64,000 nt of DNA from Octopus sinensis (GCF_006345805.1 NC_043005.1:106888001-106952000); one strand, 5' to 3'. Shown: positions 27,311-40,913, counted from the stretch's first letter. A program made the numbers and translations. The notes: generated by a model from the sequence alone, not told the origin.

Positions 27311-27649
27311 AGTAAAAAATTACTGGATAATTCTAGATCCCGGATTTCTGAATTTGGCATTTAGGAATGCTTTGCCTCGTCAGTAGAATACACTCAGAAA
27401 GAAACATAAATACATTTATATATCTATAGATACAACATACGAATACTTACATATACGAACATATACGAACATATATATGCACGTATGCATCAAGGCTAGT
27501 TCAAAATGCCCGCTAATTCCATGTGCGATATGGTAAAATATCACCGCAGTAAATACAGTGAGGAAATAAATTTAAATTTATATAAATAAGAATAAGATCG
27601 TTAATTTAGAATAAATCCGGGATCTAGAATTATCCAGTAATTCTTTACT
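27311..27649. mobile_element. 339-bp element with 37-bp inverted repeats and an internal HHR-like motif
   Basis: 27311-27347 versus reverse complement of 27613-27649: 36/37 identical. Confidence 0.8.
27330..27389 (-). ncRNA. Degenerate type I hammerhead ribozyme motif
   Basis: Minus strand: attcta-CTGACGA-ggca..tgcc-aaattca-GAAA-tccggga-TC-tagaat. 6-bp stem I, 4-bp stem II, near-palindromic stem III; a 7-nt insert (or a lost G12) disrupts the core. Confidence 0.5.
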
Positions 27650-29636
27650 GTAAACATGGGATTCCCCGTTCTCTGATTAAGCTCGGAAAGGTCCTTACAA
27701 TCTATAAGCAACCTAAGAGATAAGTCATTTGTTCCCCCTCTTATGGCCCACAAGCATTACTGGTCTGAGGGAGATAGCCCGTCCTTACTGATCTCAGACT
27801 ATTTATTCTTTGGTGACAACTGACCAAATGAGCCTCACGGATTCCTGTCTCCTAGAGGTGAAGAACTGCATTTATCTTTGGGTTTAGATTCTTTAGAGTC
27901 TATATTATTAATCATCATGATCCCTCATACGGTCATCATCAAAAGTTTGCCCACCTTGCAATTATCAAGTCTAGAATTACTTGGACAGCAATAGTACCAC
28001 CGACAGATATAATATCTCGAACAACAAATACTACCAACTCACTAACACAAGCAGCAACAGCATCAGCACCATCGCTATTATACGACAACCAACACCAAAA
28101 TACTCCGGAACTACACTGCAATCACCACTAACATCATAACCCCAACTGCAACTACAAAATGCAACAACCACCGCTGACATTATCGCTACGACCGCAGCTA
28201 CAATTACGAAAGTCATCGCTAACGCAATTACCACGACTACAATATAATAACTACCACTAACACTACTACTACAACTATAATCACAGCTTCCGTGGTTATA
28301 ATTTATAGCCAAAGCCTAGGTTTGTATTTTCTAAGTTGACAGCCTGTATGCACTGGATGACACTGAGTACCACTGAGACGGTTGGTGGGCGGACACCTTT
28401 CCTCACAGATGTATCACATATTTTCAAATATTTATACATCCGTGCGAGTGAGTATGTGTGTATGTGTGTATATGTGTTTGTGTCTATATGTATGTATGCG
28501 CGCACACACACCAAGAAGGAGAGAGAGATAGAGAGAGAGATAGAGAAAGAGGAGAGAGAGAAAAAACAGGCGAGAGAGAACAGGGGAGAAAGAGAGAGAG
28601 AGAGAGAAGTTAGATCAAAGAAGAGAAATTATACAATACAAATAACACAATATTATCGTTAGAGGAAGGGACCAAATTAGAATCCGTCGTTATATTTTCA
28701 CAATTAAATTTTCATAAAATTTTATTTTCTTTCACGTTGTGACTCTGTTTATTTTCTTTTGCATGATTATTTAAAGACATACTTTGTTTATATTAAGTTT
28801 GCGGGGTGTCAGTGTCGTTACGGCGGCGGACAAAATTTTGAAGGGTATTCGAATTAAAGGCGGTAGGGGTAGCACCTTACAAAAATCCCTTCTTACCTAA
28901 CTCCATTTATTTACACTTTTTTTTCCTTTTCAGCCAGTAGTCTATGGCCATACTGCAGCACCGACCTATTTAATTTTGTTACAGATGAGCTTATTATGAA
29001 ACCTTTCACCCGATTTTCTGGAGATCTTATCCCCCGTAAATGGAGAACATATCTCCTTGTCTAAGACTCGCTAGATAATTTGTTATTAGATGCTTTTATA
29101 ACGAAAAGATGGTCACGGTTGGAATGATCTTGATCATATGCCTTCTGAATCAAGATTACCTTGTGTCTTAACAACTACGAACATCAGTAGTAACAGAAAA
29201 TTTGTTCTATGACATTTGAGTTCAAATCCCGTTATATTCAGCACTTGTAACCGTTCCGAGGATCGTTGCGTTCAGTACCAGCCATGTAGCGAAATCAGTG
29301 TATTAAATATATTCTTGCCTGAAGTTAATAACACGTATTCTATTTAGTTCCGTGCGTATATATGTATCCATGGTGTGAGAATGCCAGTGCAGAATGTAAC
29401 TACTTGTGAATGTGACGCTATGAATCTCCTCCTACAAGCCTTATGCCTTACTCTATTATTCGAGAACTAGATTCAGTACAAATTTTTGGAGGCTTTAGCA
29501 CTTAATGCACTTAATTTACTCTTATATAACAAAGTAATGAAGTTATATACATATATATATATATATATGTAAAACTTATTTGGAAATGGATGCGTGGCGT
29601 TCGATCATATCATACTATAAATAATATTTATATATA

Positions 29637-29706
<70 letters not shown>

Positions 29707-29732
29707 TATATGCATATATACATACATACATA

Positions 29733-30519
29733 CATTTACATGCCTACATATATATGTATATTTACATGCATATATGGGTACAGGGATTAAAAAACATGAA
29801 TAAAATGAGAAACGAGAACATAAAAAGCAAAAGCATGGAAAACGAATATTTTTTCGAGTAACGAAAGAAGCAAACAGAGAAACGAGACAGGCAACATAAA
29901 GAACATTCCCTTCATCAGTTTTGGCCTAGTTTATCTACTCCACGTATCGAAGGTAGGGACAAGACGCGATTTAAAACAGTCCTTCCCGCAAAGCAAATTA
30001 AATAAAATTTGGTTAAAGTGGTAACAAAAACAGCACAGTAAGAACAAAACGGCAAAAGTTAACGGTGAGGGATGTTAAGCCATAACGAGGTGAAGTGGTG
30101 AACGCTAGGAAAACGAGCTTTGAGAAGAGACAGGCAAAAGCACGTCTTGTCTTTAGGAAGGGAGTGGAAGAAAGAAAGATAAATGTTGGTCACGTGTGAG
30201 CAACGAGAGAGTCCAGGAGGTAGAGTGAGGGAGAGAGAGAGAGGGGAACGGTGAAGGGGAGAGGACTGTTTTAACGAAGTCACATTTTGTTCTACCCTCG
30301 AAACGTTGAGTAGATAAAACAGGGGACAGCTGATGAAGGGAATGTTCTTTATGTTGCTTGTCTCGTTTCTCTATTTGTTTCTTTCGTTACTCGAAAAAAT
30401 GTTCGCTTTCCATGCGTTTGTTTTTTATGATCTCGTTTCTCGCTTTGTTCACGTCTTCTTTCACTCTTGTACCTATATATTCATGTATATATACATATGT
30501 ATGTAGGCATGTACATGTA
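29733..30519. mobile_element. Fold-back element with ~255-bp diverged inverted arms
   Basis: 29733-29983 aligns to the reverse complement of 30262-30519, e.g. aaacgagacaggcaacataaagaacattcccttcatcag / ctgatgaagggaatgttctttatgttgcttgtctcgttt. Confidence 0.85.
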
Positions 30520-30659
30520 TGTGTGTATATATGCATATATATATATATGTATATATAATTTATATTATATATATATATAATCTATATTATTATATATGTA
30601 CACACATATACATATTCATTTATATATATGTATATGTAAATAGATAGACAGCAGACAGA

Positions 30660-30672
30660 CAGACATACAGAC

Positions 30673-30768
<96 letters not shown>

Positions 30769-30770
30769 TA
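30660..30770. repeat. (GATA)n microsatellite
   Basis: Direct reading. Confidence 0.95.
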
Positions 30771-31204
30771 CAATAATTGACACGCAGATTATTAAGAAAC
30801 TAACCAAAATATTCGTTAGGACAACATTAAAATGTAATAAAATAAATGAAAGTCTTGTATAACGTTGGCGATATTCAACATGAGACGCTAATATAAGTTT
30901 AACTCGTATCCAAACAATAAAGCTTTGCTCAACAAAAGACAGAGAACAGGTGCACTGAGATTACACTAAAGTTTTATAACAGGAGAGAACAGCATATAGG
31001 ACCCTTGGGTTTCATACTAAGGACAACTTAATGAGTTAAAAATAGCTGTTTAAATCTCACTAAAATCACACTAAAAATAGCATATTGGTAATTATGGGAC
31101 TTTGTACTCTAAGATTTAAAAAAAAAATTAGAAAGACAAGATGGTCCCAGCTGCAGCGTCCCCGAGCTATGATCAAAAGTATTCTTGCATGCACATTCAG
31201 TTGA

Positions 31205-31294
<90 letters not shown>

Positions 31295-31933
31295 CTCTCT
31301 CTCTCTCTCAGGAACTTAGTATCTAAAACCTCAATTTCTAATGTGTTCATATATCCTTATTTTTCTTTTAAACAATTAGACATCTGAGTGTTATTTGAGA
31401 TAGATTTAACTGCTATTTCTAGCAGGTCTAATGACTACGTCGGTCCCGCTAAATAATGAGTGTTTGAAAGAATTAATGACACAGTAATTACTTTTATAGA
31501 TTCATCGTCATGTCAATAAGGAAAGCGGAGACGATGTTGCGGTTGCAGGAAAAATTTATTGGATAAGGCATTAGTCTATCGCAAGCACCATTCTCTGGAA
31601 GCATATTCCTTTAAACTTGGGTAAGAGCATAACATTTTCTTAATTGTCATGTCTCAGTAGATCAAAGTAGTGGACGGAAATATAACGAATACACGCTAAC
31701 AAGCCAGCGTAGCGCAGAAAGCGGATCTCACTGTTACCGGACAACCACGCATAAAGACTATGATTAGTATTTTATTATAGATATTGAATTGTTATTTTTA
31801 TAACGGACTGATATACTTTGCTCTCGATTAACTGTTACGATTCACCGTGGTAATCGATGATAGCAGAGTAAAATTGATGACTGATTCCTTGTGGTGCAAA
31901 TTTTAAGTTTTTTTTTAATAGAAATTGTACCAC

Positions 31934-32165
31934 GGTAGGCGAGCTGGCAGAAACGTTAGCACACCGATTAACATGCCTAGTGGTATTTCGTCTGCCGCTA
32001 CGTTCTGAGTTCAAATTCCGCCGAGGTGGACTTTGCCTTTCATCCTTTCAGGGTCGATGAAATAAGTACCAGTATATCACTGGGGTCGATGTAATCGACT
32101 TAATTCGTTTGTCTGTCCTTGCTTGTCCCCTCTATGTTTAGCCCCCTGTGGGCAATAAAGAAATA
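31934..32165 (+). mobile_element. SINE family A
   Basis: ggcgagctggcagaaacgttagc head through the ggcaataaagaaata tail. Confidence 0.9.
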
Positions 32166-33380
32166 AAAATCATAAACAGAGAAATATTTCTTTCCCATTC
32201 AAATATTAACGGAAATTTGGGGTATATCTTTGTTGTTTGCCTTCTGTAAGGTATTTGATTTCATTTCTCCACTTACGATTCGTTTCTATTTAGCTTGTTA
32301 TAGTAGTAGTAGTAGTTGTTGCCTTTGATTTTGCCGTCATTGTGATTGGGTCATAGCATATTATACATAACACGATGCCAAGTTATTATTCACATAAGTC
32401 TTAGTTATCAGGTGTATATAGCAGATACTGCTCAACTAAAAGAGTCAACTCATATTATAAGGGCTAAAAAATTCACTTGATGCTCTAAGTTTCGATTGCA
32501 TCTACTTGCATTAAGGTAATTCCAAGTATCTTATCCTTCATCGGTTTATGAAGATTGCTCTCTACAACTGACAGAATTGCCTAAGGGGCATTCAGTTTCT
32601 GTCTAACCCGACTTTATCACAATACTGAGAAATCTTAAGCAATGATTTCATCATGTTCTCCATTTCCGGTTTACACTACACCTGTTATAATTTTTCTTAA
32701 ATCTTACAATTTCTATTTCTAATACCAGCTGTCTTTCTTTCGTTCGTTCTTGCTTTTCTTTCTGTGTTTTTCTTTCTACTTTTTTTTTTTATTTATTTCA
32801 ATCTTTCTTCTTTCCTTTCTTTCTGCTTTTCTTTCTTTCATTTTCCAGTTCCCTCAATGCCTCTCTTTATAAACCTATTACTCCACCTCGCTCACTCCTA
32901 CCAAATCTCTTTTCATCCCACCACCCCGCAACTCCTCTTCGTCTTCTTTTTTATCACTCTCGCTAACAATAACACCCCACCCCACAAATATCTAACTCCA
33001 ACTCACCGTTATATATTTAGCATTATCCATCTGCAAAACACATTATCACTTCTGTTAAGTCATTATCACTGTAAAGCAAACATTAAACTTTAAACGTATC
33101 ATCTACAATTTACCGTAAAAAACTCATTTTAAACGTGCATCTTTATCGCAAATACCATCATCATCATTATCATCACCCCACTCCTACCTCCACCCTCGCC
33201 ACCACCACCCTCGCCACCACCACCACCACCCCCTCCTTCCCCACCACCGCTGCCGTCGACACCATTTTAATCATCAGCAGCAGTAGCATCTCTATAATCT
33301 CATCATCGTCGCCATCATCATCCGTTGTCAAGATGATCAGCATCATTATTCTTGTATTGGTTGTCATCATATTCCTTATC

Positions 33381-33731
33381 TATTTCTTTACTACCCACAA
33401 GGGGTTAAACACAGAGAGGACAAACAAGGACAGACAAACGGATTAAGTCGATTATATCGACCTCAGTGCGTAACTGGTACTTATTTAACCGACCTCGAAA
33501 GGATGAAAGGCAAAGTCGACCTCGGCGGAATTTGAACTCAGAACGTAACTACAGACGAAATACCTATTTCTTTACTACACACAGACAGGACAAACAAGGA
33601 CAGACAAACGGATTAAGTCGATTACATCGACCCTAGTGCGTAACTGGTATTTATTTAATCGACCCCGAAAGGATGAAAGGCAAAGTCGACCTCGACGGAA
33701 TTTGAACTCAGAACGTCGCGGCAGACGAAAT
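33381..33731 (-). mobile_element. SINE family A, two units, head missing
   Basis: Two reverse core units. Confidence 0.85.
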
Positions 33732-34380
33732 CACCATCATCATTGTTCGACCGTGGTCGAGACTTCATAGTCTTTTCAAATGGCTAATAATGTGTGCGCG
33801 CGCCACTACTACACACATTGGAAAGCATTGTACAACCAAGTACTAAAGAAGATCTTTCCTCCTCCATGAAACAAAGCTGTTCCCGCTGGACGTCAACCCA
33901 GTATTTTTAAGCTACGGACCCAGTGATTTATTGTAAGGTTATCTCCCTAGATAGATTGCCTTCACTACGGCTAAGGAGCCCTTTTTACGAAATACCGCTA
34001 AGCATTTCACCCGGCGTGCTAATGTTTCTGCCAGCTCGCCGCCTTTTCCTTATCGTCATCAACCTCATGGTCGTTGTTGTCATCGTGGTCATCCTCATCC
34101 TCCTCATCCTCATCACCATCATCATGAACATCAGCCGCTCACCATATTCGTCATCAACATCTAGACAACAACATTTGGAACTTCAAATACAATAACGATT
34201 TCTGCTGTCGGCAGAAGACCAGCAATTTTAAGGTAAGGTGTTAATTGACACCATCGTATCCGAAAGGCTTAAAGGATTCGTTGAACTACCTCGACAGGAT
34301 TTGAAACCTGATAGAAAAGAACCAGGTAAGAAATACAGCATGGAAAATAGTCTGAAGCTCTAAAGACTGCCAGCACGCTG

Positions 34381-34614
34381 CCTATTTCTTTACTACCCAC
34401 AAGGGGCTAAACATAGAGGGGACAAACAAGGACAGACAGACGGATTAAGTCGATTATATCGACCCGAGTGCGTAACTGGTCCTTAATTTATCGACCCCAA
34501 AATGATGAAAGGCAAAGTCGACCTCGGCGGAATTTGAACTAAGTACGTAACAGCAGACGAAATACGGCTACGTATTTCGCCCGGCGTGCTAACGTTTCTG
34601 CCAGCACGCTGCCT
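34381..34614 (-). mobile_element. SINE family A with a 17-bp direct repeat matching its own head
   Basis: ctgccagcacgctgcct at 34367-34383 and 34598-34614. Confidence 0.9.
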
Positions 34615-35089
34615 TAATTGCAGAAAACAATGATAGCAATAAATAACAATAACACCACCACCAGCAACAGCAGTTGGAACAACAATAATATAAACAATTA
34701 AAAAAATAACAGTTATTATAACGACCATACTAGCATCAACATTAACAAGAACCACGGTAGAATTTCAGCGAAAGCTACAGCATGAGCAGTTGGGATTATT
34801 TCGTGCTAGTCTCAAATCGTTTCTCTTTTGAAGCCATCTTGCGCATTCTTTGTGATATTAATATCTTGCAAACGATCCGAAACAAAGATAACGCAATAAG
34901 TGGCACAGAGGTGATCCTACATTCTACCCTCCTCTTCTTATTTTATTGTATACTATTTATTTTTTTAATATTTATTCATTTTCTTTTAGTTTTTGATTTA
35001 GTGTCGATGAAAATGCTACCACTCATCCTTGTGTCGACTCAGAGCCATTTGGCACATTCCTTGTTGGTTCCATTTTCAGATCTAACATT

Positions 35090-35785
35090 GGTTTCAAATT
35101 TTAGCACAAGGCCAGCAATTTGGGGGCAAGGAAGAAAATTGATTACATCGACCCCAGTGCTCGCGAATAAATGAAAGCCAAAGTCGACGTCGGCAGAATT
35201 TGATTCTCAGAACGTAAGAACGGACGAAATGCCGCTAAGCATTGTTACCGGTGTGTTAAAGATTCTGTTAGCTCGCCACCTTAGAATACTATAAATTACA
35301 TATCAGACTCCCTATAACATTGGTTTCAAACTTTGGTACACGACCATCAATTTAGGGATGGTCGCTAAGTCAATTACATCGACACATCAACCCCAGTGTT
35401 CAACCGGTACTTATTCTATCGACCTCGAAAGGATGAAAGGTAAAGTCGACCTCGGCGGAATTCGAACTCAGAACGTAAAGATGGACGAAATGCCGCTTAG
35501 CATTTTACACTGCACAGCAATAATTCTGCCAGCTTGCTGCCTTCCTTCGGTCGAATATTCGAATATTCTTTTCTCCTCTAAGTTCAAGGCCCGAAAATTT
35601 TTGGGAGGGCACCAGTCGATTAGATCTACCCAGTACGCAACTGGTGCTTAATTTATCGAACCCCAAAAGGATGAAAAGCAAAGTCGAGCTCGGCAGAATT
35701 TGATTCTTAGATCATAAAAATGGACGAAATACCGCTTAGCATTTTAACCTGGGCACTAACGATTCTGACGGCTTGCTGCATTCCT
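35090..35785 (-). mobile_element. Three tandem degraded SINE family A copies
   Basis: Cores at ~35140, ~35410 and ~35655, each followed by a head-like gctcgccacc/gcttgctgc. Confidence 0.8.
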
Positions 35786-36239
35786 TGGGTGGAATATTAA
35801 ACCAATCATTCATTTCATAATCGTATATTGGTAGATTATTCGGAAGCATTTAAAGTGACATAGAATGAAATTAAGATATTTCTGGATTTAAATAGTTTTT
35901 GTACAAGCTGATTTTCATGCGATGGAGGGTTTTCTTGAAACATCTGATATTGTTCTTAAAATTAACTGGCAACCTCCATCCCAGTAAAAAGATGGAGCAA
36001 TGCCAACGAACAAGCAGCTTGCAGAAGCAAAATAACAGCGAATAAAAAAAAAGCACACACAACAGTAAACAACAATAACAATAGTATCGTTAACATAATG
36101 AACAACATTAACTTCATCACCGTCAAAGTGATATGTTTATGTTAACTAAACAGCGAAAGCGATGAGGACCAATAAAGCAAAATGGGTGCCAAGAAAGCAA
36201 CAAAACGAACTCATTAACTAACTAATTAGCTATCAAAAT

Positions 36240-36710
36240 ACCTAGCTAACTACTACTACCACTACCACCACCACCACCACCACCACCACAACCACCACAA
36301 CCTCACCCTCTACTACTACTAATCTTCTACTACTACTACTACTATACTACCAACACCACTACGACTACTGCTACTACTACTACAACTACTACTACTAACA
36401 TCATCACTACTACTACTAACACCACCTCCACCAACACCACCACTACTACTACTACAACTACTACTACTACTAGTGCTATCACCATCACTACTACTAGTGA
36501 TGCTGCTGCTGCTACTACTACAAACACCATCACTACTACTACTGCTGCTACTACTAACACCATCACCACCACTACTACTACTACTACAACCACAACTACT
36601 AATACTACCACTACTACCACAACTACTACTACTAGCACCATCGCAACTACTACTGCTACTACTGCTGCTGCTACTACTACTGCTGCTACTACTACTACTA
36701 CTACTTACAG
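36240..36710. repeat. (TAC)n/(CAC)n/(TGC)n microsatellite
   Basis: Direct reading. Confidence 0.95.
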
Positions 36711-37587
36711 TGTTGCATTTGTCAGTAGCCTCATTGAAACAATTAAATAACTTAGACTAAAATAAAAATTAATATAAACAGCTTAATGCAAACCAAATGA
36801 TAAACTCCATGTGACAGCAACAACAACGACAAGACCAATAACAACAACAATACTACCAACAACGTCACCAACAACACCAGCAACAACAAGTACAGGAAGT
36901 TGAAAAGGCATCAAAAACCAAAGAGAAGCAAAAGAAGCAGAATATGTATTTAAAAAAATATAAGCTGAATATATAGAACAACAGCAACAACAGCAACAAC
37001 AGCAGTAACAGTACCACCACAACCACCACCACCACCACCACCACCACCACCACTACCACCATGCTAAAAGAGTGAACTATGATAAACAATAACTGCACGA
37101 ACAATTGTAACAACGACATCAAGAAAACTTTCAGTGGGACAATTAATACAGAGAAGCCTCGAAAAAAATGTCCAGATGTTGATTAATTAAATCTTTTAAT
37201 ATTTCCATATTTAATTAAAGTTGATTGAATACATACTTCCATATTAACATAGCAATGTTGCTGTTGTGATTATTGTTGCTATCGTTGTTGTTGTTGCTGT
37301 TTTCGTTGTTCTGTTGTCGCTGTTGTTGTTGTTAAGCAGCAGGACGGGTAAGGGTGATTAGGTGATGGTTTAGGGCTTAGGGGCGGGAGACCTCAGACCT
37401 TGGAAAAAAAAAACAACTTTGGTCGTCTTGTTGTAGTCAAGGGCCCTTCGTTGACCCTCGACACCACTGGGAGGTGGCCCTCGAAGTTGCTGGAAATGGA
37501 GATCTCCAGGTCCAAATTCTTCGCTGTTGATTTTGTCCCTTATTATTTTCTTTCTTGTTCTAGTGTAGCGTCCTCCAATCCCAGATA

Positions 37588-38121
37588 TCTATATATATAA
37601 AACTGTAGTTGTGTGAGTGTCTGTCCCCTTCGATTTAGATTCCTAACTACTCCCACATTTTGCGGTGCAGTTTAACCAAATTCGGGTATCTTATAGTCGT
37701 GATTCATATCGAGCCCGTCTGAGTACTAGCGCGCGTCTACGATGAGTCTACGATTTTAAAAATAATTTAACATCATTTTTTATTCCATTTTAATGCATAA
37801 TATTTCGTGTGTCGATGGCGGCGGAGTTGGCGTCCATGGTCACAGCTGCACCTGTTTGCTTCTCCCCCTTCTTCCCTCCCTCCTGAAGCTGTGGGGAAGG
37901 GAGTGTAAGGAAATCAACGTCGTAAAGCGTTGTCAAGGAGACCAGCGTTCTTTTAGAACAACGACTTCATGGCTTGAAGACACTGAGTCAACGATTTAAA
38001 AAAAAAAAATTATCATCATTTTTTATTCCATTTTTAATGCATTTTTTTGCTATAACTCTCTAAAAATGCTTATATAGTTATTTCCCTTACAAACCCGAGC
38101 AACGCCGGGCGATACTGCTAG
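37588..38121 (+). mobile_element. Non-autonomous Helitron HelA variant with a ~190-bp internal GC-rich segment
   Basis: A|TC at 37588; cccgagcaacgccggg hairpin and CTAG|T at 38118-38122; homologous to 54726-55119 outside 37798-37987. Confidence 0.85.
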
Positions 38122-38680
38122 TCATCTATAATTAAGCACACCCCTGATCAAAGGTTTTCCAACCTACGCAGATCCCAGTGTTTAGGACTACACTGATTGT
38201 ATTTGAAATTTCTCTTTTTAAAATACATCAAAGTTATAAATAAGTTCTGTTTTGAAAGCCAACTGATGAAAGTGACTGGTTGTGTTACGATCCTGTCAGA
38301 GCTCATGCGTGACGCATATCTATCTCATTTGGCAACAAATAGACATGCTAAGTACCTTTATATCTGTGCATGTGTATATATGTATATGTGTATATGTGTA
38401 TGCGTGTGTTATGGATACATACATACGTACATAATACATATATACATGCATACATATATATATATACACAAACACACATACATGTATATATATATATATA
38501 TACATATATAACATATATACACACGCATATACTTAAGTATGCATTTATATATTTATATATATGTATATATATATACACATTTATATATGTGTATGAATGT
38601 ATAAATATATTTATATATACTCATGTATATATATGCATATATGTATGTATGTGTTTGTATATATATATATATATATATAT

Positions 38681-38910
38681 ATTTATTTACTGCCCACAAG
38701 GGGCTAAGCATAGAGGGGACAAACAAGGACAGACAAACGGATTAAGTCGATTACATCGACCCCAGTGCGTAATTGGTACTTTATTTATCGACCCCGAAAA
38801 GATGAAAGGCAAAGTCGACCTCGGCGGAATTTGAACTCAGAACGCAACGGCGGACGAAATACGGCTACGCATTTCGCCCGGCGTTCTAACGTTTCTGCCA
38901 GCTCGCCGCC
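38681..38910 (-). mobile_element. SINE family A
   Basis: Full reverse copy. Confidence 0.9.
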
Positions 38911-39061
38911 TCATATATATATATATATATACAAAGAGAGAGAGAGAGACAGAAAGAAAAAGAGAGAGAAGGAAGAGAGACACAGAGAGTCGTGACTGTG
39001 AAGAGGTGCAGTGTCTCTGATAAGAAGTTTGCGTCTCAGTCACGTGGTCCACGGTGCAATC

Positions 39062-39202
39062 CAACTGCATGTTACTTTGGGCAAATATTCTTCGTTATAT
39101 ATATCTAAGCCGACCAAAGCTTGTGAGTGGATTCGTTGGAGAGATGAAAGAAGCCCGTCGTATGTGTGTGTATATGTGTGAGTGTGTGTGTGTGTGTGTG
39201 TG

Positions 39203-39237
<35 letters not shown>

Positions 39238-39466
39238 TGTGTGTTGGTGTATGTATCTATGAGTGTGTCTTTGTGTTTTACTTCTGTCTCCCACCAATTC
39301 TGACAGCTGGCATTGCTCTGTTTACGTCTTTGACCCTAGCGGTTCGAAAAAAGAAAACGATAAAATTAGAAACAACTATAAAAAAAAGTACTAGGGTCGA
39401 TTTGTTCGACTTAAGCGTCAATGCAGTGCTTCAGTATGGCCGCAGATTAATGACTGAAAGAAGTTT
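39062..39466 (+). mobile_element. SINE family B (diverged)
   Basis: ccgaccaaagcttgtgagtggattcg...TG run...gcggttcgaaa...ggccgcag. Confidence 0.8.
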
Positions 39467-39946
39467 ATAGATGTACATACATGCATACATACATACATAC
39501 ATACATACATACATACATACATACAGACACATATATCTTGAAAAGAGAATGAGAGCAAATATGATAACGCTGTTTATAAATATCAAACATTATATTGACG
39601 GTGGGTAGGGGAACCCCATGGGCGCATTCTAAATATAAAATACAGGTACGTTAGAATCTCGCATATGTGATACAAAGATTTGAGATTATACGCACAATAC
39701 GAAAACAAACACACGCTTTAGCGTTGTTAAAAAATGTAACCAACGTGCTTGGCTGATATTGTTAATCCATATTTTGAGTAGAATAAATGAAAAACAGGGT
39801 GAGGAGAGGACCGTGCCTCGGTGCAATCCAGTGATATTTTTCTATTTTCTTCATCCCTGGTTACGTGGTGCTCTTCCAAATGTGTATTATTTATGCTGAT
39901 ACTCTAACAGCAGCCACTTGAGGTGTTTTTCTCATATAATTACATA

Positions 39947-40016
39947 CATATGATTATATACATATGATTATATACATATGATTATATACATATGATTATA
40001 TACATATAATTTATAT
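39947..40016. repeat. 14-bp minisatellite (catatgattatata) x5
   Basis: Four perfect units and one degenerate unit. Confidence 0.9.
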
Positions 40017-40025
40017 ATATTCATA

Positions 40026-40189
40026 GGCGTAGGAGTGGCTATATGTTAAGTAGCTTGCTTACGAACCACATGGTTCCGGGTTCAGTCCCACTGCGTGGCG
40101 CCTTGGGTAAGTGTTTTCTACTATAGCCTCAAGCAGACCAAAGCCTTGTGAATGGATTTCGTAGACGGAAAGTGAAAGAAGCCCGTCGC

Positions 40190-40246
<57 letters not shown>

Positions 40247-40882
40247 TGTGTATGTTTATGTATCTGTGTTTGTTCCCGCCAACATCGCTTGACAACCGAT
40301 GCTGGTGTGTTTACCTCTCCGTAAATTAGCGGTTCGGCAAAAGGGACCGATAGAATAAGTACTAGGCTTACAAAGAATAAGTCCTGGGGTCGATTTGCTC
40401 GACTAAAGGCGGTGCTCAAGCATGGCCACAGTCAAATGACTGAAACAAGTAAAAGAGTATATATACACACATAGATTTGAGTGTGTGTGTGTGTGTGTGT
40501 GTGTGGTTTGTTCAGTTTACTTTCAAGATTTCTTGTCGACTGTGCGTGAGCTGATTCCTGACCTAAATCCAAGCTTCGGTCATTGGAACTTTTACAACAT
40601 CAACAGGGTAGTTCTGCATGTATGAGTGTATGTGTGCATTATTTGTATTCGCTGTATATGTAGTTTTCTACGTTTTGTTTTTGCGCACGCGCATATATAG
40701 GCGCAGGAGTGGCTGTGTGGTAAGTAGCTTGTTTACCAACCACATGGTTCCGGATTCAGTCCCACTGCGTGGTACCTTGGACAAGTGTCTTCTACTATAG
40801 CCTCGAGCCGACCAATGCCTTGTGAGTGGATTTGGTAGACGGAAACTGAAAGAAGCCTGTCGTATATATATTATATATATAT

Positions 40883-40913
<31 letters not shown>

